Assembly: GCA_963695095.1 (NCBI GenBank)
Contig: CAVOFT010000001.1
Location: 960,001-1,024,000 of the forward strand
Reading direction: 5' to 3'
DNA from: an uncultured bacterium
GTDB taxonomy: Bacteria > Krumholzibacteriota > Krumholzibacteriia > JACNKJ01
DNA: 64,000 nt
Positions 11,640 to 21,064 of this stretch are shown piece after piece; within the stretch, counting starts at the first letter, position 1; the number at the start of each line of letters is the position of its first letter. A program made the position numbers and the translations under genes. A model generated the notes under the pieces. The model worked only from the letters and a program-made list of their open reading frames with translations, made no database searches and was not told the DNA's origin.

Positions 11640-12020
11640 ATGAAGCAGTACTGCTCCGTTTGCAAGGACCACCTCGACATGGCGGTGGTGGAAGAGGGCG
11701 GAGAGGACGAGGTTACCTGGCTGAAGTGTCCCCGCTGCAAGGGAATCCTGCCTCACATGAAGCTCGATGGCGAGGAGGAACCCGTTCCGGTCCCCGCCGC
11801 GGCGGCCTTCACGCTCGAGGGCATCGATACCACGAGCGTGCACGAGTACGAGCCGTCGCGGTTCTACGAAGTGGGCGATGTCATCTACCACCGGTCGTGG
11901 AATGACTACGGCCGTGTCGTGGAGAAGCTGATCCTGCCCGGGGATCGCCATGCGATCAGAGTGCAGTTCCTCAATCAGGGCGACGTCAACCTGCTCGAAG
12001 ATGTCAGTCACGGAGGCTGA
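11640..12020 (+). CDS. Zinc-ribbon protein with C-terminal SH3/Tudor-like domain
   Basis: CSVC...CPRC ribbon, then YEVGDVIYHRSWNDYGRV. Confidence 0.75.
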   Translation: MKQYCSVCKDHLDMAVVEEGGEDEVTWLKCPRCKGILPHMKLDGEEEPVPVPAAAAFTLEGIDTTSVHEYEPSRFYEVGDVIYHRSWNDYGRVVEKLILPGDRHAIRVQFLNQGDVNLLEDVSHGG

Positions 12021-12864
12021 GCGGCGTTCTTGCTGGCGCCTCTCAGCCTCCGTTCTGCTTCTGCTGGCCGCCGTTCCGGCGGGCGCCGGCTTTCTCCACG
12101 GTGAGGGTGTCCTGGACAGTCAGGCCGCGCTGCCCGCAGGGCAGCGCCGACTGGAATTCGGCTCCACCTACTATGGCGCCGGGCCCTGGGCGGGCCACCG
12201 GCATCTGCTGCGCGTGGCCGGCAGCCGCGGCGAGCTGGTCCAGTGGAGCCTCTCCCTGCCCTGGCTCTATTCCTCTCTCGGCAACGGCGGCCGCTCCGGC
12301 CGCGACAATCTGCTCACGGGCGCCACTCTGCGCATGGCCGCCGGCGAGCGAGGCCGCCTGCGGCTGGGAGGGGAGTTCTGGCTACCCCTGGCCTCGGCAT
12401 CGCTCGCTCCGCTGGCGGAGCGCCGCGCCTTCCTGCGCCTGGCTCTGCTCGGGGAGCTGACGGCCGCGGGCGGCCTCGAGGCGGGGCTCAGTTACTGCCG
12501 CGAGCTGCGGGGCATCGGTCCGGAGGCGGAGGGTCCCTGGCCGGCGTCCCTGGACCTTGACCTGCGCCTGGGTCGGCGTCCGACGTCGGGCCTTCGCGCC
12601 TGCCTGCTCGGAGGAAGCGCCTGGCAGCCCGAGGGCGAACTCGGGATGGGCTGGCTGGGGGCAGGCCTGGCTTACGCCTGGGACGGCCAGTGGCTCGCCG
12701 AATTGACGGGCGCCGCGTATCTCGGCGCCGCAGACGAGCCCACCCGTGCGGACTACCGGGTGCGCCTGGGCCTGCGCTGGGATGCCGAGCTTCCCAGCGC
12801 CACGCCTGCCCGGGGCGGCGCGGCCGCCGGCGAGGCGGCGGCGCCCAGCCCTAGTGGCTGCTGA
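12001..12864 (+). CDS. Hypothetical secreted or outer-membrane protein
   Basis: Signal-like segment VLLLLAAVPAGA; amphipathic beta-strand pattern; start uncertain. Confidence 0.55.
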   Translation: MSVTEAERRSCWRLSASVLLLLAAVPAGAGFLHGEGVLDSQAALPAGQRRLEFGSTYYGAGPWAGHRHLLRVAGSRGELVQWSLSLPWLYSSLGNGGRSGRDNLLTGATLRMAAGERGRLRLGGEFWLPLASASLAPLAERRAFLRLALLGELTAAGGLEAGLSYCRELRGIGPEAEGPWPASLDLDLRLGRRPTSGLRACLLGGSAWQPEGELGMGWLGAGLAYAWDGQWLAELTGAAYLGAADEPTRADYRVRLGLRWDAELPSATPARGGAAAGEAAAPSPSGC

Positions 12865-13606
12865 GCAGCTTCAGCTCGTACTTGCCGTACTTGAAGCGGC
12901 TGCCGTCGCCGGCGATCGCCAGGCGCGTCTTCTCGTCCGGCCTCACGATCACTTCCTCGACGAGCAACTCCGATGAGAAGAGCTGCGATTGCTTCTCGCC
13001 CTGGACGATCTCGTCCAGCTCATTGCCGACCACCACGAGGACCCGGTGCGGGCCCGCGGGCAGTTCCATCACTGCGGGCGGGAACTCGTGGTCGTTGCGC
13101 AGGAGGGTCCAGCCGCGATCGAAGTAGTCCTTCTCGATGGTGTCATCCTTGTCCGCGGAAGCCAGGACGCCGTCCACGAAGACCTTGAAGTGCAGGGTGT
13201 TCAACTGCAGCATCCGCTCCCGCTCGGAGGGGCGCTTGAAGCGCGCCGACGAGCGCGGCGAATCGCCAATCAGGACGACCTCGAGCGTGCCGATGCCGGC
13301 CGGGGGAGGCGCAGCGGCTGCCGTCGGTGCAGCGGGCGTCGCCTGGGCGCCGGCGGCGCCTTCGCTCAGATAGATGGCCTTGATCTTCGCGCGGGGGATG
13401 CGCAGGGAGTCGGCGAAGTCGGTCTGGAGCACGAGCAGCGAGTCATCCATGGACACGAGATGCCCCTGCAGCACGGAGCCGTCGAGCAGTGTGACCTGGT
13501 GCAGGGTCTCGCCGCCGGCGAGCGCTGGCATGCCGAGCAGCAGGGCCAGCAGCAGCGCCCAGGCGCCACGGCTGGCGGACGGTGAAATGAGCGGTGATTG
13601 CATCAT
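12851..13606 (-). CDS. Secreted hypothetical protein
   Basis: GAGG RBS; signal peptide; N-terminal VTLLDGSVLQG motif; Ala/Pro linker. Confidence 0.7.
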   Translation of the reverse strand: MMQSPLISPSASRGAWALLLALLLGMPALAGGETLHQVTLLDGSVLQGHLVSMDDSLLVLQTDFADSLRIPRAKIKAIYLSEGAAGAQATPAAPTAAAAPPPAGIGTLEVVLIGDSPRSSARFKRPSERERMLQLNTLHFKVFVDGVLASADKDDTIEKDYFDRGWTLLRNDHEFPPAVMELPAGPHRVLVVVGNELDEIVQGEKQSQLFSSELLVEEVIVRPDEKTRLAIAGDGSRFKYGKYELKLLSSH

Positions 13607-13732
13607 CGGGATACCTCGGTGGTGATCGTCGGATGCCAGCGGATGGCTTGCATCCGCTGCCTGCCTGTGGCAGCCTGCCGGCAGTCTAGGCGGCCGCCGC
13701 CGCCGGCACAAACACTTTCCCGGGAGTCAGGT

Positions 13733-16462
13733 ATGCGCTTCATGGCCACCCGCGCGCGCCAGTTGTCCGCCCTGATGACGCTCGCCGTGCTCGCTGCCTG
13801 GCCGCTGCGCGCCGCTGCCATGGATCTCGAGCAGGTTCGGCTGGCCAACGGCCTCGACCTCTTGCTCAAGGAGTCGCACGGCGGCCCGATGGTGGCCTCG
13901 ATCGTGACGGTGGGCGCTGGCGCTCGCTTCGAAGATGAACAGAGCTATGGCGCCAGCCACTTCCTCGAGCACATGGTCTTCAACGGCACCGCCACGCGCA
14001 GCCGGGAGGACATCAACGAGGGCATCAAGGCCTACGGCGGCTACATCAACGCCTTCACCCGCCGCGAGTACACCTGCTACGTGCTCCTCATTCCTCGCGC
14101 CTATCTGGGCGAAGGCCTGGCGATACAGGCCGACATGCTCTTCGGTTCCCAGCTGCCCGCCGCCGAGTTCGAGAAGGAGAAGCGGGTGGTCATCGAGGAG
14201 ATGAACAAGGACTACGACAGCGGCAGCTACCGCGGCGAGCTGCACCGCAACGCCACCCTCCTGGCCGGTACCCCCTACGCGCATCCCATTCTCGGCACCG
14301 TCGACACGATCGAGCGCCTGCGTCGCGAGGACGTGCTCGCCTACTACCGGGAGCGCTACCAGCCGGGGAATTGTCGGCTCTTCCTGGTCGGCGACTTCGA
14401 GCGGGCGCCCGCGCTCGCCCTGCTCGACTCGCTCTACGGCCAGGTGCCGGGCCGGCCGCCGGTACCCCTCGAGCCGGTTGAGCTGCGCTGGCCGGACGCG
14501 CCCGCCCTGCACAGCTACCGGGCGGAGGAGGGCAGTCCCCGCCTGGATCTGGTCTGGCGGCTGCCCGCCATCACCAGCGGCGATGCCGCTGCCCACGCCG
14601 CGCTGGCCGAGATGCTGATGGATGAGCACCGCTCGCCGCTCAATGGCAGTGACGGAGGCGATGACGGACCCGCACTGGATCTGGGCATCGGGCTGGAGTA
14701 CTTCGCCGACTTCAGCCTCCTCACGCTCACGCTGGATACGGGCGATGAGGAGCCGGCGCCCCTGCTTGCTCGGCTCAGCGAGCAGCTGGCGGCACTGGGC
14801 ACCTGGGTGCCGGATCCGGCCTGGACCGCCGAGCAGGTCAACCGCCTGCGCGTCGACGACATCTTGCTGCAGGACACCTATCACTACTATGCGATGATGA
14901 AGTCGGCCGAGCTCCATCTCGGCGGCTTCCCCTTCCTGGCCGGCTACCGCGATGCGGTGGCGGCGCTCGACCCCGCCGCGCTTCGCGGCGCCCTGGAGAG
15001 CGGAGTGCTGGCCGGCCCGCCGCAGGTGCTCTGGAGCGCCCAGTCCGCGGACTCGGCGGCCACCCTGCTGCCGGGCGGCCTGTCGGCTGCGGCCTTCCGG
15101 GTCGAGCCCGGCGATGCCGTGCTTCGCCTGGACGCGGCGGCGCGGGCCAAGCCGGCCAAGCGCGGGCCGGCGGATGCGGCCGCCGCGCCCGGCGAGGAGC
15201 GCTTGCTTCTGGCTAACGGGCTGACCGTGCTGCTGCGCTCGGATCCCTCGAGCGAGGTCTGCGCGGCCCACTTGCTCGTGCGCGGGCGCTCGGCCAGCGA
15301 ACCTGCAGGCCGCGAGGGCATGGTGGCCCTGGCTCACGAGCTGCTGCCGGCCGGCACTCGCCGCCACGACGAGGCGGCGCTGGCGGCGGCGCTCTCGGGT
15401 CTGGGCGCGCGGCTCAAGGTGGGGGACAATCCCTGGATTCCCTTCGACGACTACTACACGCGCGAGGACTTCTCCTTTGTGCGCCTGGAGGCCCTGGACG
15501 AAACCGCAGATGCCGCCTTGGCTCTGCTGGCCGAGCTGGTCGGGGAGGCGAGCTATCCCGACGCAGCCGTGGAGCGAGAAAAGGGCAAGCTGATCGGCGC
15601 ACTGCGCATGGGCAGCCCCCGTCCGAGCGAGGTGGCGCGGCAGGCGCTGGGGGAGCAGCTCTTCGCCGGCGGGCCGCGCGGGCGATCCTTGCGGGGGACA
15701 CCGGCTTCGATCGCCGAGATCACCGCAGAGAAATTGCGCAGCTTCCATCCGCGCTACTTCGCGCCCGAGCGGATGATCCTCTCCGTGGTGTCGGGGCTGC
15801 CCCTGCCGACCCTGCGCCACAGCGTGGAGGCGCGCTTCGGCGGCCTGCCCGCGGCGCCGGGCATTCCGCTCGGAGCAACCTCACTGGGGGCGGGGCCGGC
15901 CGAGATCGAGCGGCCCCTGGAGAAGGCGCAAGTCGCCCTGCTCGCGGCGCGCAGCTTGCCGCCGGCGCCCGCGCTGCCGGACGAAGTCGAGGTGCTCGTC
16001 GACGTGCTCTCGGCGCGCCTCGCTCTGGAGCTGCGCGAGACCCAGGGCCTGGCCTACTCCGTGGGGGCCGGGCTCAGCTCCGTGCCGGGGCTGGCCGCTG
16101 GGGAGCCTGGCTTCAGCCTGATCACGCTGCAGATCGCCACGGCGGTGGAGAATCGAGAGCAGGCTCGCCTGGGAATGCAGGCCGAGCTGGAGCGGATGGC
16201 CACGGCCCCGCCCAGCCGGGAGGAGGTGTTCCGGGCGGTCAACGGGCGCTGGGGACGGGAGCTGATGCGCGATCTGTCCCGAATCCACCAGGCCTACCGC
16301 ATCGGTCTGCGCGAGCATCTGGGCCTGGCGCCCTTCGGCCAGGATGAGGAGCGGGTGGCTCGGCAGCGTGCCGCCACTCCGGCAGATCTTGCCCAGCTGG
16401 CGCGGCAGTTCTTGCTGCAAGATGACTGGATCTGGGCCTTTGCGGGTGGCGGATTGCAGTGA
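13733..16462 (+). CDS. M16 family zinc metallopeptidase (pitrilysin-like, two halves)
   Basis: GASHFLEHMVFNGT (HxxEH), INAFT, ELRETQGLAYSV; signal peptide. Confidence 0.93.
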   Translation: MRFMATRARQLSALMTLAVLAAWPLRAAAMDLEQVRLANGLDLLLKESHGGPMVASIVTVGAGARFEDEQSYGASHFLEHMVFNGTATRSREDINEGIKAYGGYINAFTRREYTCYVLLIPRAYLGEGLAIQADMLFGSQLPAAEFEKEKRVVIEEMNKDYDSGSYRGELHRNATLLAGTPYAHPILGTVDTIERLRREDVLAYYRERYQPGNCRLFLVGDFERAPALALLDSLYGQVPGRPPVPLEPVELRWPDAPALHSYRAEEGSPRLDLVWRLPAITSGDAAAHAALAEMLMDEHRSPLNGSDGGDDGPALDLGIGLEYFADFSLLTLTLDTGDEEPAPLLARLSEQLAALGTWVPDPAWTAEQVNRLRVDDILLQDTYHYYAMMKSAELHLGGFPFLAGYRDAVAALDPAALRGALESGVLAGPPQVLWSAQSADSAATLLPGGLSAAAFRVEPGDAVLRLDAAARAKPAKRGPADAAAAPGEERLLLANGLTVLLRSDPSSEVCAAHLLVRGRSASEPAGREGMVALAHELLPAGTRRHDEAALAAALSGLGARLKVGDNPWIPFDDYYTREDFSFVRLEALDETADAALALLAELVGEASYPDAAVEREKGKLIGALRMGSPRPSEVARQALGEQLFAGGPRGRSLRGTPASIAEITAEKLRSFHPRYFAPERMILSVVSGLPLPTLRHSVEARFGGLPAAPGIPLGATSLGAGPAEIERPLEKAQVALLAARSLPPAPALPDEVEVLVDVLSARLALELRETQGLAYSVGAGLSSVPGLAAGEPGFSLITLQIATAVENREQARLGMQAELERMATAPPSREEVFRAVNGRWGRELMRDLSRIHQAYRIGLREHLGLAPFGQDEERVARQRAATPADLAQLARQFLLQDDWIWAFAGGGLQ

Positions 16463-16662
16463 AATCCTCTATATCGGACTCGACCTGTTAGGGAATTCCC
16501 AGCCTTTATTTGCCGAAATCATAGCAGAAATTGGAGAGATACCCTCCTATACCGTAACCGTTTCGCAATAGACGGGCGAATCGAGAAACCTAAGTCCTGT
16601 AATATTCGCGAGTTGCAAACCCATCGGGAACTCCCAGTGGGGGCCGGGGTTTTGCATTCCGC

Positions 16663-16691
16663 TTGACTCGAGAGGGTCGATCCGCGATAAT
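16663..16691 (+). promoter_or_regulatory. Sigma-70 promoter of the sigma factor gene
   Basis: TTGACT-17 bp-GATAAT. Confidence 0.7.
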
Positions 16692-16703
16692 GCTGGCGCT
16701 GAG

Positions 16704-16721
16704 TTGTGACAATCTTCACAA
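16704..16721. promoter_or_regulatory. Rex/CRP-type operator palindrome
   Basis: TTGTGAC-AATC-TTCACAA; one mismatch to TTGTGAA-N4-TTCACAA and a perfect TGTGA-N6-TCACA. Confidence 0.65.
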
Positions 16722-16782
16722 CGAGCCACGATAAACCGGAATGTCAAGCGGCCCCCCTTCGGGGTCCGCGATGAGGCGAGAA

Positions 16783-17634
16783 ATGGCTGGAGCCTATCAG
16801 AATCAGGCCGAGAGCGAGACGCTCAACGCCTACCTGCAGTCGATCGGTGACTTTCAGAGTCTCTCCCGCGAGCAGGAAGCCGCCGTCACGGTGCGCATCC
16901 GCGAGGGAGACGAGAAAGCCCTGGAGGAGATGATCACCGCGAACCTGAAGTTCGTGGTTTCCATCGCCAAGCAGTACGTCGGCCAGGGACTGAGCCTGCT
17001 GGACCTGATCAACGAGGGCAATCTCGGCCTGATCAAGGCCGCCTATCGCTTCAATGAGAAGAAGGGCTTCAAGTTCATCTCCTACGCCGTCTGGTGGATT
17101 CGCCAGTCGATCATGCAGGCCATCGTGGAGCAGGGCAACATCGTGCGCCTGCCCATGAACAAGGCCAACATCCTCTACCAGATCCGCAAGCGGAACCGGG
17201 CGCTCTGGGAGCAGCTCGGACGCCAGCCGACCAAGGGCGAGTTGGCCAAGGCGCTGGGCATCACCGAGGCGGTCATCAACGAGATCGAACTGGCCACGAA
17301 CACCTACCGCTCGCTGGACGAGCCCGTGGGCAACGAGGAGGACCACATCCTCCTCAACACGCTCGAGGACGAGGATCAGATCAGTCCCGCCGAGCAGCTC
17401 GACATGAACGAGTTCCACTCGTTGATCGTGGCCGCCCTGGATTCCCTCAGCCCGCGCGAGGCGATGATCCTGCGCAACTACTACGGCCTGGGCGACCGCG
17501 AGCCGATGACGCTCGAGGAGATCGGCAAGGACCTGAACATCAGCCGCGAGCGCGTGCGGCAGGTGAAGGTGAAGGCCCTCAGCCGCATCCGCAACAGCCA
17601 GGTGGGTCGCCGCCTGGCCGAGCACGCGGCCTGA
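16783..17634 (+). CDS. RNA polymerase sigma-70 factor, RpoD/SigA family without region 1.1
   Basis: [47 protein letters not shown]; start could be 16741, 16771 or 16783. Confidence 0.93.
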   Translation: MAGAYQNQAESETLNAYLQSIGDFQSLSREQEAAVTVRIREGDEKALEEMITANLKFVVSIAKQYVGQGLSLLDLINEGNLGLIKAAYRFNEKKGFKFISYAVWWIRQSIMQAIVEQGNIVRLPMNKANILYQIRKRNRALWEQLGRQPTKGELAKALGITEAVINEIELATNTYRSLDEPVGNEEDHILLNTLEDEDQISPAEQLDMNEFHSLIVAALDSLSPREAMILRNYYGLGDREPMTLEEIGKDLNISRERVRQVKVKALSRIRNSQVGRRLAEHAA

Positions 17635-17661
17635 GCGGTAGCCGGCAGCCAGTTTCCAGGC

Positions 17662-17696
17662 AAGACCCCCCTCCCGTGAGGGGGGTTTCGCTTTTT
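17662..17696 (+). terminator. Rho-independent terminator
   Basis: acccccctc-ccgt-gaggggggt stem followed by ttcgcttttt. Confidence 0.75.
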
Positions 17697-17789
17697 GCGT
17701 CGGCAACGAGGCCGCGCTTGTCCTTTTGCCGAAGCTGTGGCATCTAAGGCAGCAAGTCCCCCAACAAACCCTCAGGGAAGGAGAAGCTC

Positions 17790-18146
17790 ATGAAGCGCGC
17801 TCTGCTCATTCTCGGCCTCATCCTGGTGGCGGCCTTCGCCATCAGTGGCTGCGGCAAGAAGGCCGAAGCCACGGTGCCCTGCGACGGCGGCTGCGGCATG
17901 GAGTTGACCAAGGCGGATGCCAAGGTGATCGATGGCAAGTCCTACTGCGCGGGCTGTGCGGCACACCTGGCCGATGAACTGGCCAAGGAAGCGGCGACCG
18001 AGGCAGCGCCCGAGGCCGCGCCTGCTGCTGACATGGTCAAGTGCGCAGGCGGCTGCGGCATGGAGCTGGCAAAGGCCGACGCCACCGAAATCGACGGCAA
18101 GTCCTACTGCGCGAGCTGCGCCGCTCACGTCGGGCACGACCACTAG
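17790..18146 (+). CDS. Lipoprotein with two tandem Cys-rich (TRASH/YHS-like) metal-binding repeats
   Basis: Lipobox ISGC; two copies of CxGGCGMELxKADAxxIDGKSYCAxCAAH; His-rich tail. Confidence 0.8.
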   Translation: MKRALLILGLILVAAFAISGCGKKAEATVPCDGGCGMELTKADAKVIDGKSYCAGCAAHLADELAKEAATEAAPEAAPAADMVKCAGGCGMELAKADATEIDGKSYCASCAAHVGHDH

Positions 18147-18193
18147 CCGCCCTAATCATCTGCTAGTGTGAAGCTTGCGGGGCCCGGGGTGGA

Positions 18194-18222
18194 TTGACAC
18201 CCCCGGGCCCCCTTCTTATCAT
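18194..18222 (+). promoter_or_regulatory. Sigma-70 promoter of pdxST
   Basis: TTGACA-17 bp-TATCAT, embedded in a GC-rich inverted repeat. Confidence 0.7.
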
Positions 18223-18311
18223 AAAGCCGGTCAGCGTGCTGCCGCCCTTCCGACCCATTGCCGGTCCCGCGGCACCGCGCGGCGACCTCCTTCCACACTG
18301 GGGGCAAGTCC

Positions 18312-19193
18312 ATGCCAGTCAGCACCTTCGAGGAGAAGATCGGCCTCGCCGAGATGCTCAAGGGCGGCGTGATCATGGATGTGACCACCGCCGAGCAGGC
18401 CAAGATCGCCGAGGATGCCGGCGCCGCTGCCGTGATGGCCCTGGAGCGCATCCCCTCGGACATTCGCGCCGACGGCGGTATCGCCCGCATGAGCGACCCG
18501 CAGATGATCAAGGCCATCCAGGCTGCGGTGAGCATCCCGGTGATGGCCAAGTGCCGCATCGGCCACATCGCCGAGGCGCGCATTCTCGAGGCCCTCGAGG
18601 TCGACTTCATCGACGAGAGCGAAGTGCTCACGCCGGCCGACGAGGCCAATCACGTCTGGAAGCACGACTTCAAGGTGCCCTTCGTCTGCGGCTGCCGCGA
18701 CCTGGGCGAGGCCCTGCGCCGCATCGGCGAGGGCGCGGCGATGATCCGCACCAAGGGCGAGGCCGGCACCGGCAACATCGTGGAGGCGGTGCGCCACCTG
18801 CGCGCCGTGGTGGGGGGCATCCGCCGCCTCACGCAGCTCGATGCCGGCGAGCTGATGGCCGAGGCCAAGGCGCTCGGCGCGCCCTTCCACCTCGTGCAGG
18901 AGACGGCCCAGACGGGCCGCCTGCCCGTGCCCAACTTCTCGGCGGGCGGCGTCGCCACGCCGGCGGATGCGGCGCTGATGCGCATGCTGGGCGCCGAGGC
19001 CATCTTCGTCGGCTCGGGCATCTTCAAGTCGACGGATCCGCCGCGCATGGCCAAGGCCATCGTCGAGGCCGCCACGCACTGGCAGGACGCCGCGAGGCTG
19101 GCCGCGATCTCGGCGGGCCTGGGCCGGGCCATGAAGGGTCTCGACATGGCCGAGATCCCAGCCGAGCAGATCATGCAGACGCGCGGCAACTAG
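18312..19193 (+). CDS. pdxS: Pyridoxal 5'-phosphate synthase lyase subunit
   Basis: [43 protein letters not shown]. Confidence 0.97.
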   Translation: MPVSTFEEKIGLAEMLKGGVIMDVTTAEQAKIAEDAGAAAVMALERIPSDIRADGGIARMSDPQMIKAIQAAVSIPVMAKCRIGHIAEARILEALEVDFIDESEVLTPADEANHVWKHDFKVPFVCGCRDLGEALRRIGEGAAMIRTKGEAGTGNIVEAVRHLRAVVGGIRRLTQLDAGELMAEAKALGAPFHLVQETAQTGRLPVPNFSAGGVATPADAALMRMLGAEAIFVGSGIFKSTDPPRMAKAIVEAATHWQDAARLAAISAGLGRAMKGLDMAEIPAEQIMQTRGN

Positions 19194-19194
19194 C

Positions 19195-19865
19195 ATGGAC
19201 AGCGGCGAGCCGAACGCGCGCCGCGCGCCGCGCGGCGAGACCACCAGCCCCCAGCCGCGCCTGCACCCCGTACCGACCGTGGGCGTGCTCGCCCTGCAGG
19301 GCGCCGTCGAGAAGCACCTGCGCATGCTCGAGCGCGTGGGCGCCGCCGCCCGCGAAGTCCGGCTGCCCGCCGAGCTGGCGGGTCTGGACGCCCTCGTGCT
19401 GCCCGGCGGCGAATCCACCACGATGAGCCACCTGCTCGCCTCCAGCGGTCTGCAGGGAGCCGCTCGGCGCCTTCATGGCCGACGAAACCGGTGCTCGCCA
19501 CCTGCGCGGGGATGATCCTGCTGGCGCGCGAGGCGGCGGGTCTGCCCTGGCCGCCCTACGGCCTCCTGGACATCGACGTCGCTCGCAATGCCTGGGGCCG
19601 CCAGATCTACAGCTTCCAGGAGGAGATCGACTGGGCGCTGCCGACGCCGGCCGGCGAGCCGGGGCCGGCGCGGCTGAAGGCCATCTTCATCCGCGCCCCG
19701 CGCGTGACGCGCACGGGCGAGGGCGTGCAGGTGCTGGCTCGCCTCCAGGGCGAGCCGGTGGCCCTGCGCCAGGGCCGCCTGCTGGCCCTCAGCTTCCACC
19801 CGGAGTTGACAGCGGATCCGCGCGTCCACGCCTGGTTTCTGCGCGAGTTCCTCGGTACCCGCTAG
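19195..19865 (+). CDS. pdxT: Pyridoxal 5'-phosphate synthase glutaminase subunit; frameshifted at about 19455-19485
   Basis: GVLALQGA, PGGESTT, ATCAGMI, FIRAP, FHPEL motifs split across frames. Confidence 0.9.
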
Positions 19866-19951
19866 GCCCCTGGCGCAAACGTTGCTAACCAATTAGACTG
19901 CTTGCTGGAAGCCGCCGGTAGCCATCGCGGCGGAGGGGGAGTGCGAAGGCG

Positions 19952-20170
19952 ATGCCCTTCTACGACTACGAGTGCCGCGCCTGCGGCGAGAAGTTCACGG
20001 CCCTGCTCAGCATGAGTGCCCGCGACGAGCTGGAGCCCAGCCTGCCCTGCCCCGAGTGCGGGGCCAAGGGCCCGCGACGCCTGCTGTCGACCTTCGCCAC
20101 GAGCTCGAGCGACGCAGGAAGCGGCGGAGCGCCCAGCCATAGCTGCGGGGGCGGTGGCTGAAGGGTCTAG
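19952..20170 (+). CDS. FmdB family zinc-ribbon protein, probable selenoprotein (TGA 20159-20161 as Sec, stop at TAG 20168-20170)
   Basis: MPFYDYECRACG...CPECG; C-terminus SCGGGG-TGA-RV-TAG; hairpin follows. Confidence 0.8.
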
Positions 20171-20173
20171 CTC

Positions 20174-20190
20174 GGGAGGCGGCGCCTCCC
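20174..20190 (+). promoter_or_regulatory. Putative SECIS hairpin for the FmdB protein
   Basis: GGGAGGC-GGC-GCCUCCC; loop begins 19 nt after the UGA. Confidence 0.55.
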
Positions 20191-20202
20191 TGCAGGGATC
20201 GC

Positions 20203-20234
20203 AAGAAGAAGGGGAGCGGCGGCGCCGCTCCCCT
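20203..20234 (-). terminator. Terminator for the cyclophilin genes
   Basis: aggggagcggc-ggc-gccgctcccct stem with a ttcttctt tract on the minus strand. Confidence 0.6.
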
Positions 20235-20261
20235 CGCTGTTGCTAGCACTGGCGGATGCCG

Positions 20262-20921
20262 CTATTTCTTGGCGGCGGCCTTGTCCTCGGCCTGCATGGC
20301 GGCCTTCGTGGCCTCCACCTTCTCGGTGGGCCAGTCCTCGACCTTCACGGACACGATCTTCTGGTCCTCGTCGGGCCGGTCGCTGCTGTTGCGCGGCGTG
20401 TTGACGATGGCGTCCACCACCTCGATGCCGTCGATGGTCTCGCCGAAGATGCTGTACTTGCCGTCCAGGAAGGGCGCGTCGCCGTGCATGACGAAGAACT
20501 GGCTGCCGGCGCTATCCGGCTCGCGGGAGCGGGCCATCGACAGGGTGCCCCGCAGGTGTTTGCGGTCGCTGAATTCCGCCGGCAAGTTCGTGTCAGCGCC
20601 CTTGTAGCTGTAGCCGCCCATGCCGTCGTTGGCGGGATCCTTGTCCTTGCTGTTGGGATCGCCGCCCTGGATCATGAAGCCGGGGATGACGCGGTGGAAG
20701 AGGCAGCCGGCGTAGAGCCCGCTCTTGCTGTGCGCGATGAAGTTCTTCACGTGCTCGGGCGCGATATCCGGGAAGAAGCGCAGGACGATGTCGCCCCGAT
20801 TGGTCGTCAGGGTGACCACGGTCTCGGTCTTCTCGCTGGCGCCGGCGACGGCGCTCAGGCCGGTGAGCAGGGCAGCGATGAGCAGGAGCGGGAGTGCGAG
20901 CGAGCGAGCGAAGCGGATCAT
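20262..20921 (-). CDS. Cyclophilin-type peptidyl-prolyl isomerase, exported
   Basis: FHRVIPGFMIQGGDP, SAGSQFF, LDGKYSIFG; N-terminal signal peptide. Confidence 0.93.
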   Translation of the reverse strand: MIRFARSLALPLLLIAALLTGLSAVAGASEKTETVVTLTTNRGDIVLRFFPDIAPEHVKNFIAHSKSGLYAGCLFHRVIPGFMIQGGDPNSKDKDPANDGMGGYSYKGADTNLPAEFSDRKHLRGTLSMARSREPDSAGSQFFVMHGDAPFLDGKYSIFGETIDGIEVVDAIVNTPRNSSDRPDEDQKIVSVKVEDWPTEKVEATKAAMQAEDKAAAKK

Positions 20922-21064
20922 GATTCGCCTTTCCGTTGGGGTCGCGAGCTGAGCGCTGTCAATGCCAGGGCGCGCCAGGCGGTTCCTGCCGCGCTGCCGA
21001 ATCGAGGGCGATGGGGCGGGCCGCCGGAGGCCCGCCGGGGGAGCGGCCGGGCGGCGCCGCGGGC

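Noticed and set aside
12856..12864. Cys-TGA ending as a possible third Sec site
   Set aside because: Overlaps the convergent gene, has no SECIS-like hairpin and no redox motif context
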